Part shown: in pieces, positions 1 through 11,593 of the stretch
Layout: every line of letters starts with the position of its first letter
Position numbering within the stretch: position 1 is the first letter of the stretch
Assembly (NCBI GenBank): GCA_002269645.1
Contig: NIVC01002981.1
Location: forward strand, 1-38,575
Direction of reading: 5' to 3'
Length of the DNA: 38,575 nt
From: Macrostomum lignano
Taxonomy: Eukaryota
Notes under the pieces: model-generated
The model's database searches: none
The model's input: only the letters and a program-made list of their open reading frames with translations
What the model was told of the DNA's origin: nothing
Program-made: the position numbers and the translations under genes

Positions 1-20
1 TCGCAAGTCGGTGAGACTGG

Positions 21-272
21 AAAGGATCAGGGCATCCGTGGGATCAGGGCATCCGTGGGGATCAGGGCATCCGTGGGGATCAGGGCATCCGTGGGGATCA
101 GGGCATCCGTGGGATCAGGGCATCCGTGGGGATCAGGGCATCCGTGGGGATCAGGGCATCCGTGGGGATCAGGGCATCCGTGGGGATCAGGGCATCCGTG
201 GGGATCAGGGGCATCCGTGGGGATCAGGGCATCCGTGGGATCAGGGCATCCGTGGGGATCAGGGCATCCGTG
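21..272. repeat. Minisatellite, 18-19 bp unit GGGATCAGGGCATCCGTG(G), about 13 copies
   Basis: Unit visible directly. The periodic ORFs at 11-359 (GSGHPW, GIRASV, GIRGDQ repeats) are its translation. The array is flanked by GAGACTGG at 13-20 and 273-280. Confidence 0.95.
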
Positions 273-606
273 GAGACTGGTTGCTCAGTAACGGCAATGA
301 CATTATTGACATTTCGGAAGGCAGCTGGTATCTTAGAGAACTCGGGACGTAGCTCGTAACTGAGAAATTTTCTCGAAGCCAGCAACAGTAATTTATCGAG
401 GTAGCCGGTCTGCTGCCTTCAGTTATGAGGATAATTCTCCCTAAGATTGTCCGCGCAAGTCTCGCAGTCCCCAGAGGATTTCATAATAGGATTTCCTGGC
501 TGCGAGCCGTCGCTTTGAATGAAATTTTTGTATGATAATGAATGGCGCCTGGGGCTTGGGAATTTTGGATTGAAGCTTGCAGATAAGAGAGAAAAAGAGA
601 CTGGAT

Positions 607-946
607 CAGTCACCCTGCTCACTCCCCCAATCACTCAGTCACCTCCCTGCTCACTCCCCCAATCACTCAGTCACCTCCCTGCTCACTCCCCCAATCACTC
701 AGTCACCTCCCTGCTCACTCCCCCAATCACTCAGTCACCTCCCTGCTCGTCTCCCCAATCACTCAGTCACCATCAGCTCCCTGCTCACTCCCCAATCACT
801 CAGTCACCTCCCTGCTTCACTCCCCCAATCACTCAGTCACCTCCCTGCTCACTCCCCCAATCACTCAGTGACCTCCCTGCTCACTCCCCCAATCACTCAG
901 TCACCTCCCTGCTCACTCCCACCAATCACTCAGTGACCTTACTGCT
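607..946. repeat. Minisatellite, about 32 bp unit CAGTCACCTCCCTGCTCACTCCCCCAATCACT, about 10 copies
   Basis: Visible tandem unit. ORFs 519-965 and 577-936 show a 32-aa cycle, as expected from three 32-bp units. Confidence 0.95.
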
Positions 947-1853
947 CACCTGGCTCGCTGAGTAGAGGACGCTCAGGGGACGCAGAGGCTCAGCTGATCA
1001 GTAAATCAGAGTTCGCGAAGCGCAAATCGTGTCGAACAGAGAACTGAATAATTCGATTTCAGCTCGACGCGGTGACGGGAAACCAAGGCGAGGGGACACC
1101 TGCAATCGAATTGTGGCAACTGAATAACTGGCTGAGATCTGCCTTCGCGGGCGAGGCGGGGGGACAGAGTGGGGGAGGGGAATCGAGAGGCGAGATAAAA
1201 GCTTGGCTGGGGAACGGAAGATTGGCCCAGCTGTCTTCCGCAGGCTGCGCAGCTGCGGGATTCCTGCCCTTTTCCTGCCGTGTGAGCACCGGGCAGAGCG
1301 CCTTGAAGCAGCGGATGGGAAGCAGCGGACAGGCAGACAAGGATCTTGTGGCTGGAGTCCCTGCAGCCCCGCTCTTCAATTCATTCTTTCAAAAAAAATC
1401 CATCCCAACCCCGCAAGGAGGCTGGGCTATGGGGAAGTATCTGAGCATCTCCAGCTCCGGCTTCTGGCTTTCTCAAATTCCTGAATCATTGATAGGGGGT
1501 AGGGAAGCCCTCAGGAGATGCCCAGGGAAGCGAGAGTAGCTGTTGAAACCGATATTCTTGCCCTCTGTACTATGTAGAAGGATGTAAATTCAGGACAAAT
1601 GCACACTGGAAACACAGAAACTCCTGCCGATCAGCCTTGCGGGCTCACTGCGGCCACCTCGAGGGTCGAACATGTAATAATGATCCATTTAACTGCGTAC
1701 TAACCGCGACCACCTCTGCTTAACTCTAGAAACCCGATTTTAGCTTCGGCTATAGGCTTAAAGGTTCTCCAGTCCATTTCGTACGGTTTGGAAGCGCGGC
1801 GTCCTTGCGCGTTCAGCTGTCCATGACTTTCACCTGTCCGATCCCTCCCGAAG

Positions 1854-2197
1854 GCTTCATCGAGTACATCGTGGAGCCGTGCTTCCGCACCCTGCTGCAG
1901 CTGCTGAACGGCGTCCAGGAGCTCAGCAAGAAGGCCAGCGACGACATCGACGAGCAGCAGAGCGAGGAGGCCGCGAGCCCGAGAACGCCGACGAAGCGAA
2001 GCCGCCGCCGGAGCCGCCGACTTCGCCGCCCCCGCCACCGCAGTCAACGCGCGCCGAATGAGGCGACCTGGCGGCCACTGGAGCTGCTGGCGAGCAACAA
2101 GGAGCGGTGGAGGAGCCGGGCGGAGGCGGACGCCAGGCAGATCGCCAGCATCGAGGAGGTGGGCGAGGAGGACTCGGCGGCGGTCAGGAGCGACTGA
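1854..2197 (+). CDS. Terminal coding exon of a class I cyclic-nucleotide phosphodiesterase (PDE1-like). Upstream exons are mostly outside the window or unrecognised.
   Basis: Pyrimidine-rich tract and AG at 1852-1853, then (G)GC TTC ATC GAG TAC ATC GTG GAG CCG = GFIEYIVEPCF, resembling the PDE1 QIGFIDFIVEPTF motif. Later RPLELLASNKERWR resembles the PDE C-terminal helix. Very high GC3, stop at 2195-2197. Confidence 0.65.
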
Positions 2198-2668
2198 GCG
2201 GCCGGCCTCTTCGAATTTCGAGGAGAAAAGTCCGCAGACACCGGGTGCTCAAGAAGACCGAGCCCGCCTTCCACAGAATAATTTGCGCTGAGTCAGTTTC
2301 ATTCATTGCATCGTACCCGACTGGATGAAGTTGAAACCGTCATTGAGGGCGTAGCAGAATCTTTTAAACTTACTCACATTATCAAGATAAATTAGATGTG
2401 ACCATTTTTTAACGTCGGAACGCCGTCTAATTTAGAAAAAAATTTAGTTCTACATTTAGTTTCTATTTAGTTAAAGTATTTTCTGCTATTTTCAATATGC
2501 GACTTCTATTAGCTTCAGGAGGCTGCAAGTCCAATGTTTTATTTGGTCAGAATCTGCCCTGTGCAGCAGCTCTGGCCTGTCTTGCCCTGTTCGAATTTGG
2601 ATAAACTGACTGTCAGCTCCCGAGCCTTACAGTTTGTTTTCAAGTTTTTTATTGGCAGAAAAATGCAG

Positions 2669-3078
2669 CCCTGTGAGCGTCTCTGACATTGCTGACATTC
2701 TCGGAGCTTCTCAATGGTCCTGTGATCTCTGACATCCCTGACATTCTCAGAGCTTCTCAATGGTCCTGTGAGCGTCTCTGACATCCCTGACATTCTCAGA
2801 GCTTCTCAATGGTCCTGTGAGCGTCTCTGACATCCCTGACATTCTCAGAGCTTCTCAATGGTCCTGTGATCTCTGACATCCCTGACATTCTCAGAGCTTC
2901 TCAATGGTCCTGTGATCGTCTCTGACATCCCTGACATTCTCAGAGCTTCTCAATGGTCCTGTGATCTCTGACATCCCTGACATTCTCAGAGCTTCTCAAT
3001 GGTCCTGTGATCTCTGATATTGCTGACATTCTCAGAGCTTCTCAATGGTCATGTGAGCATCTCCGTAATCCCTCACAT
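2669..3078. repeat. Minisatellite, 46-49 bp unit CTCTGACATCCCTGACATTCTCAGAGCTTCTCAATGGTCCTGTGA(T/GCGT), about 8 copies
   Basis: Visible tandem unit. Confidence 0.93.
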
Positions 3079-4463
3079 TCCAAGAGCATTCCAGTAGTTT
3101 TGTGAGAAGCCTTATGCAGCAGACTTACTCATACTCCAAGTGAAAAACACGATTCGATAGCCTATCCAGCGCCTCTCAGCAATGCCACAACTTCCCAGAT
3201 GATTGCCTTTCGTTCCTGCAAGCGCGAGTGCTCTGCCAACGGCACGAGGGCAATAAAAATGTGCACTTCCCTGTCCAGCCAGCTCGGGCAGCTCCCAGTT
3301 ATGAGGCCTGTTTATTACTCCCAGGGCTGCGGCGAGTGCCAGCAATGAGACATCAATTTCCCGGAGCAGGATGCACATGGTTTCCGCGTGGGAACAAGCC
3401 AAGTATCCTGAGGCCCCAGATGGAGGGGAACTGCCGCCGGCCGATCAATGCAAGCTGGCCGAGTTCCAGCAGTTCGCTTGCAGTGCTGGATTGGGTGGTG
3501 CGAATGCCTACATACGCATCATCCTGGATGAAGCTGGAGCTGATGCTGATCAGTACTCGTGCAACTGCGAGTCCGACTAGAAAGGAAAAGCCTCCGGCAC
3601 CAGCCTATTAGCGGGAGTTCTCTACCTGTCACGAGGAATAATTAGCAGCATGGTCTGACAGTTCGGCATGTCGGGGCGTTCGCAACAGCCGATTCGATCC
3701 CCCCTTGTAATTAAACTTCTCTTGGCAACCCGTGAGACTCGACCTTACCAAAATCGGGGCGGGGACTGCAGTCTGACAGATTAAGACTGCCACTTGACAT
3801 TCGCAACAAGCGAAACCTCTCAGCCATTTCGAGTTTCCTATCTGGAATGAATCGCTAAGCATGAAGGTTACTCGAGTATACTCACAGCAGATCGTGCTGA
3901 GATAAAGCATGGTGAGGGCGGCGATATCGATCGTAGCTGTTGCAAGCCAGCTGTGACTGAGCACAGCAACAGTGGGACGCTCTCACAATCTCAATGGAGA
4001 GTTGTAAACCGCGGGAGTGTTGCGAGTAAAACTTGTTCTGTGATGCGCTTATAGTTCACGCCTCTCCATCCTTAATCGGGTCTTAAGATTGTATGGCTTG
4101 GAAGCTCTAAATCTTACTTTAGCAATTCTAATCCCCACCGCACAGGGACTGACGATCCCATCCCGCGGCACCCTTTCTGGACATACACAGAACGGCTGCC
4201 GTACTGTAGGAATCTTCAATTTCTGCCCAATCTTAGAGAGTTAAGGCGCTCGTACCTGTACCTGTGTAATTATGCAATTTTCCCTCCCATTTTCCCTCTC
4301 ATCTACTTTGCGTGCCTCGCTGCACTCGCGGATACAAACAAGTTGCGTCTTGAAAGGTGTTCCACTTTCGTACGTATTCAAAAAGAAAAATACACATGTT
4401 CACAACGTCTACTGTAAGTAGAAATATAATAATTTTATCTTATTTTATAGAAAACAAGCCCCA

Positions 4464-4555
4464 TTTCCAGAAATTTCCAGAATCAAGTCAGTGACACAAT
4501 ACTTCTAGAAACTTCTCCGCGCAGTTTATATAAGCGCGACAGGCTGATTCTCGAA
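4464..4555 (+). promoter_or_regulatory. Heat-shock promoter: HSE1 (4 pentamers), HSE2 (3 pentamers), TATA box and a downstream 2-pentamer element
   Basis: TTCcaGAAatTTCcaGAA at 4465-4482, TTCtaGAAacTTC at 4503-4515, TATATAAG at 4527-4534 and TTCtcGAA at 4548-4555. All lie directly upstream of an sHSP ATG at 4640. Confidence 0.9.
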
Positions 4556-4639
4556 GAGTCAAGTCAAGCCAATCGAAAGCAATCCAAGCAAACCAAGCAA
4601 AGCACTCGAAGCGTTCAACAATCAAGCGAATTCGCCACA

Positions 4640-5440
4640 ATGTCGCTCTGGATCGCGCCAAGCAACGTGTACACGCCGTTCTCGCACGCCCTGCCGCTTG
4701 CGGCAGCCATGAGCGAGCTGGACGACTGGCTGACGCCCGAGTACGACCCGCTGGTGCAGCTGCTACGCCACCGGGGTCCGAGGCGACCTCGGCAGTGGAG
4801 CCGGACTGTCGACCTTCGCGGCTTCCCCCCGAAGGACGTGTCGGTGAAGCGGGAGGACCGGAAGGTGCGCGTGGTGGCTCGGCTCGAAAACGGCGAGGAC
4901 TCGACGGAGGTGAAGCGGACGGTGGAGCTGCCGGAGGAGGTGGACGCTGAGAAGCTGAGCAGCGGCTTCACCCAGGACGGCATGCTGGTGCTGAAGGCGC
5001 CGTTCAAGGAGCAGCAGCTCAAGCAGCAACAGCAGCAGCAGGACTCGGTGTGGGACGAGCTGCGCAGTCTGCTGCGAGGCGACCTGCAGTCCGGCCAGCT
5101 GGTGGAGGCCAGCGACGGCAGCAAGCGGTTCAAGGCGGAGCTGTCGGTGCGCGAGTTCAAGCCGGACGAGATCCGCATCAAGCAGCAGGGCGACTGCGTG
5201 CGAGTCGAGGCTGAGCACAAGGACGAGTCGAACGGGCAGCGGATCCACAAGCGGCTGGAGAGAGAGTTCCAGCTGCCCGCCGGCACCAAGCTGGACCAGG
5301 TGGCCAGCAAGCTCAGCCAGGACGGCCGGCTCTGCATCGAGGCGCCGTTCGAGGCTCCGCCCGCCAAGGAGACGCCGCAGCTCAAGGATGTCCCCATGGA
5401 GATCGACAAGCCTGCCGAGCTGCAGAATGGGGCCAAGTAA
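4640..5440 (+). CDS. Small heat-shock protein (HSP20 family) with two alpha-crystallin domains (p40-like), intronless, 266 aa
   Basis: Two ACD signatures: VDLRGFPPKDVSVK...KRTVELPEEVDAEKLSSGFTQDGMLVLKAP and LSVREFKPDEIRIK...EREFQLPAGTKLDQVASKLSQDGRLCIEAP. C-terminal VPM (IXI-like) motif, HSE promoter and strong GC3 bias. Confidence 0.95.
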   Translation: MSLWIAPSNVYTPFSHALPLAAAMSELDDWLTPEYDPLVQLLRHRGPRRPRQWSRTVDLRGFPPKDVSVKREDRKVRVVARLENGEDSTEVKRTVELPEEVDAEKLSSGFTQDGMLVLKAPFKEQQLKQQQQQQDSVWDELRSLLRGDLQSGQLVEASDGSKRFKAELSVREFKPDEIRIKQQGDCVRVEAEHKDESNGQRIHKRLEREFQLPAGTKLDQVASKLSQDGRLCIEAPFEAPPAKETPQLKDVPMEIDKPAELQNGAK

Positions 5441-5890
5441 TGTGCCATACGGTTGCCATGGCAACTGACTGAACTGACAGTTGAGAACTGCATGTAGCAG
5501 TATATGGCAAATTCTTTTGTGTTCCAGTCTGTCTCACTGACCCCCTGCTTTGAGCCAGTTGATTGCTTTTTAGAATGGTTATCTTTTTATTGTTATTTGC
5601 AAACTACCGCATTAGTACCTAGCTGGATGGATACCTACCTGGTGCTCAGCCTCCAGGAACCTGGAGAGACAACTGGAAACATTTTTAGAGAAAATTTAAT
5701 TTTTTTTTCAAAGGGTAAGGACCCTGGGTTAGGGGATTTAAAGTTTTAGGGATCTGGTTTCAACGCTTCGGATTGAATGTGGGGAAGAAGAATGCAGATT
5801 ATTTTCTGATTGTTTCGAAGATGCTATGGGTGGATGTTGGTGGATTATGTCTGTGTCAGTGAGCATAACAGGTGTTAGTGGACACCTGTT

Positions 5891-6052
5891 ATGCTCTGAT
5901 TCTGTCAGGGATAATGCTCTGATTCTGTCAGGGATAATATGGATGGATTTAATGGGATTATGGAGGACGTTTTGTGAGCGAGTGCGACCCCCCTTTTTTT
6001 CTGATTCTGTCGGGGATAATATGGATGGATTTAATGGGATTATGGAGGACGT
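5891..6052. repeat. Local direct repeats: a 52 bp segment duplicated at 5919-5970 and 6001-6052, plus a short tandem duplication at 5891
   Basis: CTGATTCTGTC(A/G)GGGATAATATGGATGGATTTAATGGGATTATGGAGGACGT occurs twice. Confidence 0.85.
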
Positions 6053-8344
6053 GAAAAATTTTGTCCCAAAAGCCCCCTTTAGCCTAACAAAAGCCCCCTC
6101 ATGCCTTCTACTGTACCTGTATATCACGGATAGCTGCCCACCTAGTATAGTATACATATGTATATATGAATGGCCTCCTAATTTACTCCAGGTCCAGATT
6201 TATATGTAATCAATGCGATACACTCAATTAATTCTGCAATTCGCTGCATTCTAACGCAATCTATTTATGCAGACTTTAAAAAATTGTTTTTTATTCACTA
6301 ACTAACCATTAACTATTTTGAATTCACGCGTAAATTTACATGTACCTTATTTAATAAAGCAAATTTTCACGTCATTGACTTTATGCTCTCATTGAAATGT
6401 GAATTCTGACGTAACATGTTATTTTTTAGTGCTTTCATAGGGTTTAAATGGATGATCGGGCTGATATTGTAGCTATAATTTAGCCTAACTTGAGACGATT
6501 CACCCATTCGTGATGATGCATACTAATGTGACGAATAAGGCGAATAAGACGGATTTGTGTAGCGGTTAATTTAGATAGTTCACGATTAGTTAGCAGATCG
6601 GCAAGCCGCTTCAACCCTTAGACTTTTGCTTAGACTTTTGCTTAAAATTGCTGGATCAGTTGATTAGCTAATTAATGGTGGGCCAAGGTAGACGGCGGAA
6701 GAGTTGGTGCAAGGAGGCCAGACAGCGTCACAGCTAAGGGTTAGCGAGCCTAGGTAGAGAAGCGAAGCAAGGGGAAGGGCGAGAGCGGCTGCTGACTGTA
6801 GTGTAAGCATATATTTAAAGGTAAACAGATAACAACAACACCCTTAATCCAAAACCCAGACAAACAACCCCCACGCGGCGCGCAAATTAATGTACCTGTA
6901 CAAATTAATCGATAAAATATATCATGCAAGAATAACATACGTCAGTACATGTACATAGGTAGAACTACTTTTACGAGAAATAATAACGATATGAATGAAA
7001 TACAAATAATAGAATAAATACATACGAGACTACAAAAACAAAGCAATTAACAGTAAAAATTATAGACTATAGTGCGATAATAATACGTACGAATATTGTT
7101 AAAATAAATGAAAGAATACAGTAGACTCAGTAGTAGTACAGTATGCATATGAAACTAAAGAAATACGATACACGCTTCTACGAATCACACTGTCACACTA
7201 AAGTACTACTACTGTAATCCATCACCAGGACTCTATTATAAAGTGTATGCAGGTAGCGTAAGGACCCACGTAAGGAAGCAAAGGAAGTGGACTAATCGAA
7301 TTCAAATTCAGATTGAATCCGATCACAATACCAAAGCTAAGTTATAAAACTTCATGAGAAAATTCTAATTGTTGCGATCTCATGGACGTCGCGGGGTGGT
7401 GCATTTCATTATAACAAACTGAGACGAAATAAAATTCCTTTCCTGGCCTTCAACTATACTTACAGGAAAAAAGGAATTTACTATGCTTTTAAACTAATTA
7501 AGTTTGTTGACAACGAAAGGATGTTTTCAGACAATATGAGTGGTAGGACACTGGTAGCAACCGTGTAAATTTTTTGAATTTTCAATTTCAATTTTAATTA
7601 TTTTAATTATTTTAAATGATTTAAGTAAATAAACTTTTTGTCACAAAAAATAATGTTATCTCAGTTAAAACATTGGAAACTGGACTGAATTGATAAAATA
7701 GTAACGTCAAAATATCAGTAATTAATAGTTTAATAGTTTATTAAATCATAAAAAATATTATTTGGGAAACTTTGGAAACAATAGCACATAAAAGGCATGG
7801 GCAGTTATAAGTCAGCACAGTTTTAAATAAAAAATAACAGAAATAAAATTTACAAGTAGTTTTGCATGTTAGATAATTTAAATAGCCATATATATGTCTC
7901 TATTGCTTGTTGCTCACTGAGCCATAGTTCTAGAAACTATTTTTTTATTTTACAATTTATTATTAGCAATGGTTGGTGCCACAATTTTTTCTTAATGATA
8001 AACTGTATTTGGTCAACTTTCATGGCCTAGATGCATGTAATTATTTCTATCTCTCAATTAAAACCATATATTCATTAGTAGTTGCTATTTCTTGTAATCA
8101 GAGAATTTAGGATTCAAATATCTAACATGATTTACCATGAGATTTTATTTAGATTGGACCAACCAAGCGTGGCAAAGGAGAAGAGCACGGTTTTGAAAAT
8201 TTACTATTTTGTAGAGTTATAAAAAGTTTAAAATCACTTTTAATCCTGTAACATTTAAAATTTGGCTATAACAATGACAAAACATACATTTTCAATTTAT
8301 GCATTAGCAGCGCTGTAAAGATCAAAGCAGCGAGTTATGCAGCA

Positions 8345-10618
8345 ATGAGTTCTGAGAAACCGGCCGATCAACTGGAAGCTGCAGCCCAGAGTGGCGATGT
8401 TGATTCTGTTAAAAAGTTTTTGGCCATTCTCGCTGATTCGGCAGGTCAGGAGCAGACTCTGGAGAAAGTTATCAAGATCTCCACAAAAGCCGGGCACGCG
8501 GAGATGGTCTCCGAGCTTTTAAAATATGCACCTGATTCCGAGTTCAGAGATCGCTACTGCAGAACTGCGATTCAGACTGCCAATGTGTATGACCGCGAAG
8601 AGATTGTAAAGGAAAGCCTACCTGCAGTAACTGATGCTGATGTCTTGGACCAGTGCCGGCAATCCGCAGTTGAGTGCTTCGCGAGAAACGGAAGAGAATC
8701 CGCTGTTATGGAGATCCTCAAAGCTGTTCGCGGCTCGCCAGTTGAGAACGAGTGCCTCCGATTGGCCACATATGGAGCCGCATCACGGGGCCATAAGAAG
8801 CTCGTCTCCGAATTGATTCAGGCTGCTGCGGATGCGACTAGGCGGAATGAGGTATTCTGGGAAGGAATCCGAACTGCTGCAACTTTTGGCCACAACGAAA
8901 TTGTTTCTGAACTTCTTCAAAGCTTTGGGCATAACGCGGTCCAAGACCAGCGCTATAAAGAAATAGTCGGTCAGGCAGTAAAGAACGGGCATAAGGTAAT
9001 TGCGGATGAACTAATTGCAGCTGTTTCAGATGGTGCCATCAAGGATTCATTGCAAAAAACTGCCCTTTGGGAAGCAGCGAAAACAGGACGCCATGAGATG
9101 CTAGCTGGATTTCTTCCTGTGTCTGACTCGACAACCAGAGACAAGCTATGCGTCTCTCTGGTTCGGCTATCTGTGTCCAGCGGACACCCTGCTACGGCAT
9201 ATGAGCTGGCAAAAACGGTAAGGGATGCAGAGTGCAAAGACCAGTGCTGCGAAATCGTGATTGCGGATGGATGCAAGCAAAGCTGGAGGGACACAATTGC
9301 GGACGCGCTTGAACTTGTTTCCGACTCGAAACGTAAGGAAAGGCTCTATAATTATATCGTGTTGACGGCCACAAGAAACGGTTGGAGGGAACTGCTAACC
9401 CGCCTACTGCAAACAGCGAGCCATCCCAATCTCAGAGATCGATGCTGCAAGGAAGCCACTTTAGTCGCTGCAATGAAGGTCACGTGGAGATTCTGTCTGA
9501 GCTTCTCAATTCCGTCAGCGATCCAGAGATGAAGAATAAATGCTACCGAAAGGGGATCACGGGAGCTGCGATGTCTGATCAAAAGGAAGCTTTGGCGCTG
9601 TTGCTTCACACAATTACTGATCAGCAAGTGAAAGATCGCTGTTGCATTAAAGCTGTAGGTGTCGCCGCAAGGAAAGGCCATGAATCGTCTTTGTCTCAGC
9701 TGCTTGCAGCCATCGCCAATCTGATTCCAAAATACAATCCTACAAGGATGCCACTATCTGTGCCTCTGCTGATGGTCGATCAGAGCTGGTGACAAAGTTG
9801 CTACAGGAGATCACGGATCCCGTTGTCAGAGCTGAGTGCTGCAGCGCTGCAGTATCGCGGGCTGCCTTGTCCAGCCATGTGCCGACCATTGTTACACTCT
9901 TAGCTGCACTGGATGACTCAAGGGCAAAACTTGAGTGCCTCAAGGAAGCCGTTGCTAATGCCATTCTGGATGGGCGAATGCACTTTTTTAGTGACTTGCT
10001 GCAAACTGTTCCGCCTGAATTGCGACACCAGTACGTGCAAATTGGCGTTCGCACCTCAATTGAAAACGCTCGATCTGAAGCGCTGACTGTTATACTGAGA
10101 GGGCTGAGCGATGTCCAGGACCCGACGCTGCAGGGTTGCAAGCCGCCAGTGAGCATGTCAGACCCCGCACTTCTGCGACTGCTAAATGGAGATGCAGTGA
10201 AGCGCCAAGCGGAGAACCTGGCTCTTTTGGCCAAACTGCATCCTGAGAAGGGTCGCCACGCTGCTCTGCTAAAAAGCATTGAAGCTGGTCACGTGTCCCT
10301 TGCCGTTTCCCTGCTGCCATACATGGCTCGCATTGACTCCAGCGATGCTCAAGGAATCACCGCTCTGATGCTTGCTGCCCGCCACGGCCATGACCAGATT
10401 GTTCATGCCGTCCTTGCCATACTGGCTGATCCAGCCGCTGTGAACGCGCAAGACAACGAAGGATTCACAGCTCTTTCAATGGCCTGTCGTGCCGGACATG
10501 TCCGAGTAGCAAAGTACCTGATGGACGCAGGGGCGGAATTGAAGCCCAGGGACGTTCAACTGGCTTCTGAAGGCGGCCACGCGGATTTTCATGCCTTTTT
10601 GCTATGGAAACTAAACGG
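8345..10618 (+). CDS. Exon 1 of predicted ankyrin-repeat / cGAS-like receptor (cGLR) fusion: about 16 atypical ANK-like repeats plus 3-4 canonical ANK repeats. Contains two apparent 1-bp deletions (about 9477 and 9721).
   Basis: Recurrent about 35-aa AAxxGHxExVxxLL pattern across ORFs 8345-9532, 9382-9792 and 9789-10622. Canonical repeats DAQGITALMLAARHGH and DNEGFTALSMACRAGH. Perfect donor GG|GTGAGT at 10619. Confidence 0.8.
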
Positions 10619-10782
10619 GTGAGTCTAAAGCGAAAGCATGTCTGCCTCGGGTGTTTCAGTTTCTGTGGTCTTCACTACGATTGGTTTGTTAAGAAATCCT
10701 CTCAGTATTCGTTTATGTGGCACAGCTTCTGCCTGACTAATTGTTTAATATTTTAATTTTTGCACTTTAACGTACTTTTCAG

Positions 10783-10833
10783 GTGTCCAACGGAAACAAT
10801 TCCTGAAATAAAATTCGACTTGCAGCAAATAAG
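10783..10833 (+). CDS. Predicted 51-nt micro-exon 2 (phase 2/2) encoding (G)CPTETIPEIKFDLQQI(S)
   Basis: Acceptor ACTTTTCAG ends at 10782 and donor AG|GTAAGC starts at 10834. The only open frame is the one required by the flanking phase-2 junctions. Confidence 0.7.
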
Positions 10834-11195
10834 GTAAGCTGAGACAGTGCTAACAGAATTTCGTTCATTGTATTACATTAATTTCGCATATTGCAGCAAA
10901 TGAATATTGCATTGGCTGCGTAAAATCTATTGCAGTTACTGAAGAGCTGTTAAAAATGCAGCCAAGCCACCCCCATAGTTTCAAGCCCATATTACTCCGC
11001 CCAACGTACATTGGCATTGACAAGCCAATGAATGTAGCAGAATAATGAACGCATCTAATTCGCTTAAACTAAGGCTCTAAGCTAATCGAACCGCTACCCA
11101 AAATAGAAGACAACTACCCTCTGCTTAGGTGCACTGCAAAAATATAAATTCGGGGTAAATTTTAAGCATAATTAATTCAGTGCTTAAATCTGTAG

Positions 11196-11593
11196 CATGA
11201 GCAGCGTGCTAAGTCTGCAAAAATTATCGCTAAAAACTTTCAGAGATGACCCGAACGAAGATCAAACACTGAGCATTGCGCTGCATAAGCTGCTCAACTC
11301 TGCAGGATTTACCCAGCAACGAGTTGTATTTCAAACGCGAATGGCTGATTTCCTTCAATCGTTGGCGAAGCTGCTCACAAAGAGTGAAATTGTGATGACT
11401 GGCAGCTTCGCTGACGGATGGGGCAACAACTTGGTAAAGCTAAACGGCAGAACCGCTGCTGACTCCGACATTGACTGGACTGTCATCGTTCCAGGCGTGA
11501 CACTGCACCTGCAGGGAGGTTGCGCTTGCAGCGGAGCAAGTATAGACCGGCTTTCGGTCGACGAGGGGCACGTGGTCTTGGAGGTTGCTGCTG
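11196..11593 (+). CDS. Exon 3: N-terminal half of a Mab-21/cGAS-like nucleotidyltransferase domain
   Basis: Acceptor CTGTAG ends at 11195. Motifs MTGSFADG (GS at 11401) and DSDIDW (11461-11478) match the hG[S/G]...DhD signature. Donor G|GTGAGA at 11594 (phase 1). Confidence 0.85.

Noticed and set aside
11-965. ORFs with periodic peptides (also 34794-35372 and 15081-15317)
   Set aside because: They are translations of minisatellites or microsatellites in several frames.
1854-2197. PDE as the off-switch of the cGLR signal
   Set aside because: The motif is class I PDE1-like (cAMP/cGMP), not a known cyclic-dinucleotide hydrolase. It lies 6 kb away beyond the sHSP and has housekeeping-type codon usage.
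3228-3611. ORFs 3228-3611 and 3371-3580 as a coding exon
   Set aside because: The composition is coding-like, but I found no recognisable motif or consistent splice path.
3629-4260. Possible LINE endonuclease remnant on the minus strand
   Set aside because: Only vague similarity (GIRIAK, YKRITEQVLLATL) with no catalytic motifs.
4615-5493. Long antisense or alternative-frame ORFs over GC-rich genes (4615-5493, 4763-5464, 9740-10279, 22338-23426, 33254-33826, 33427-34350, 35579-35869)
   Set aside because: Shadow ORFs caused by high GC3 in the true coding frame, with no recognisable motifs.
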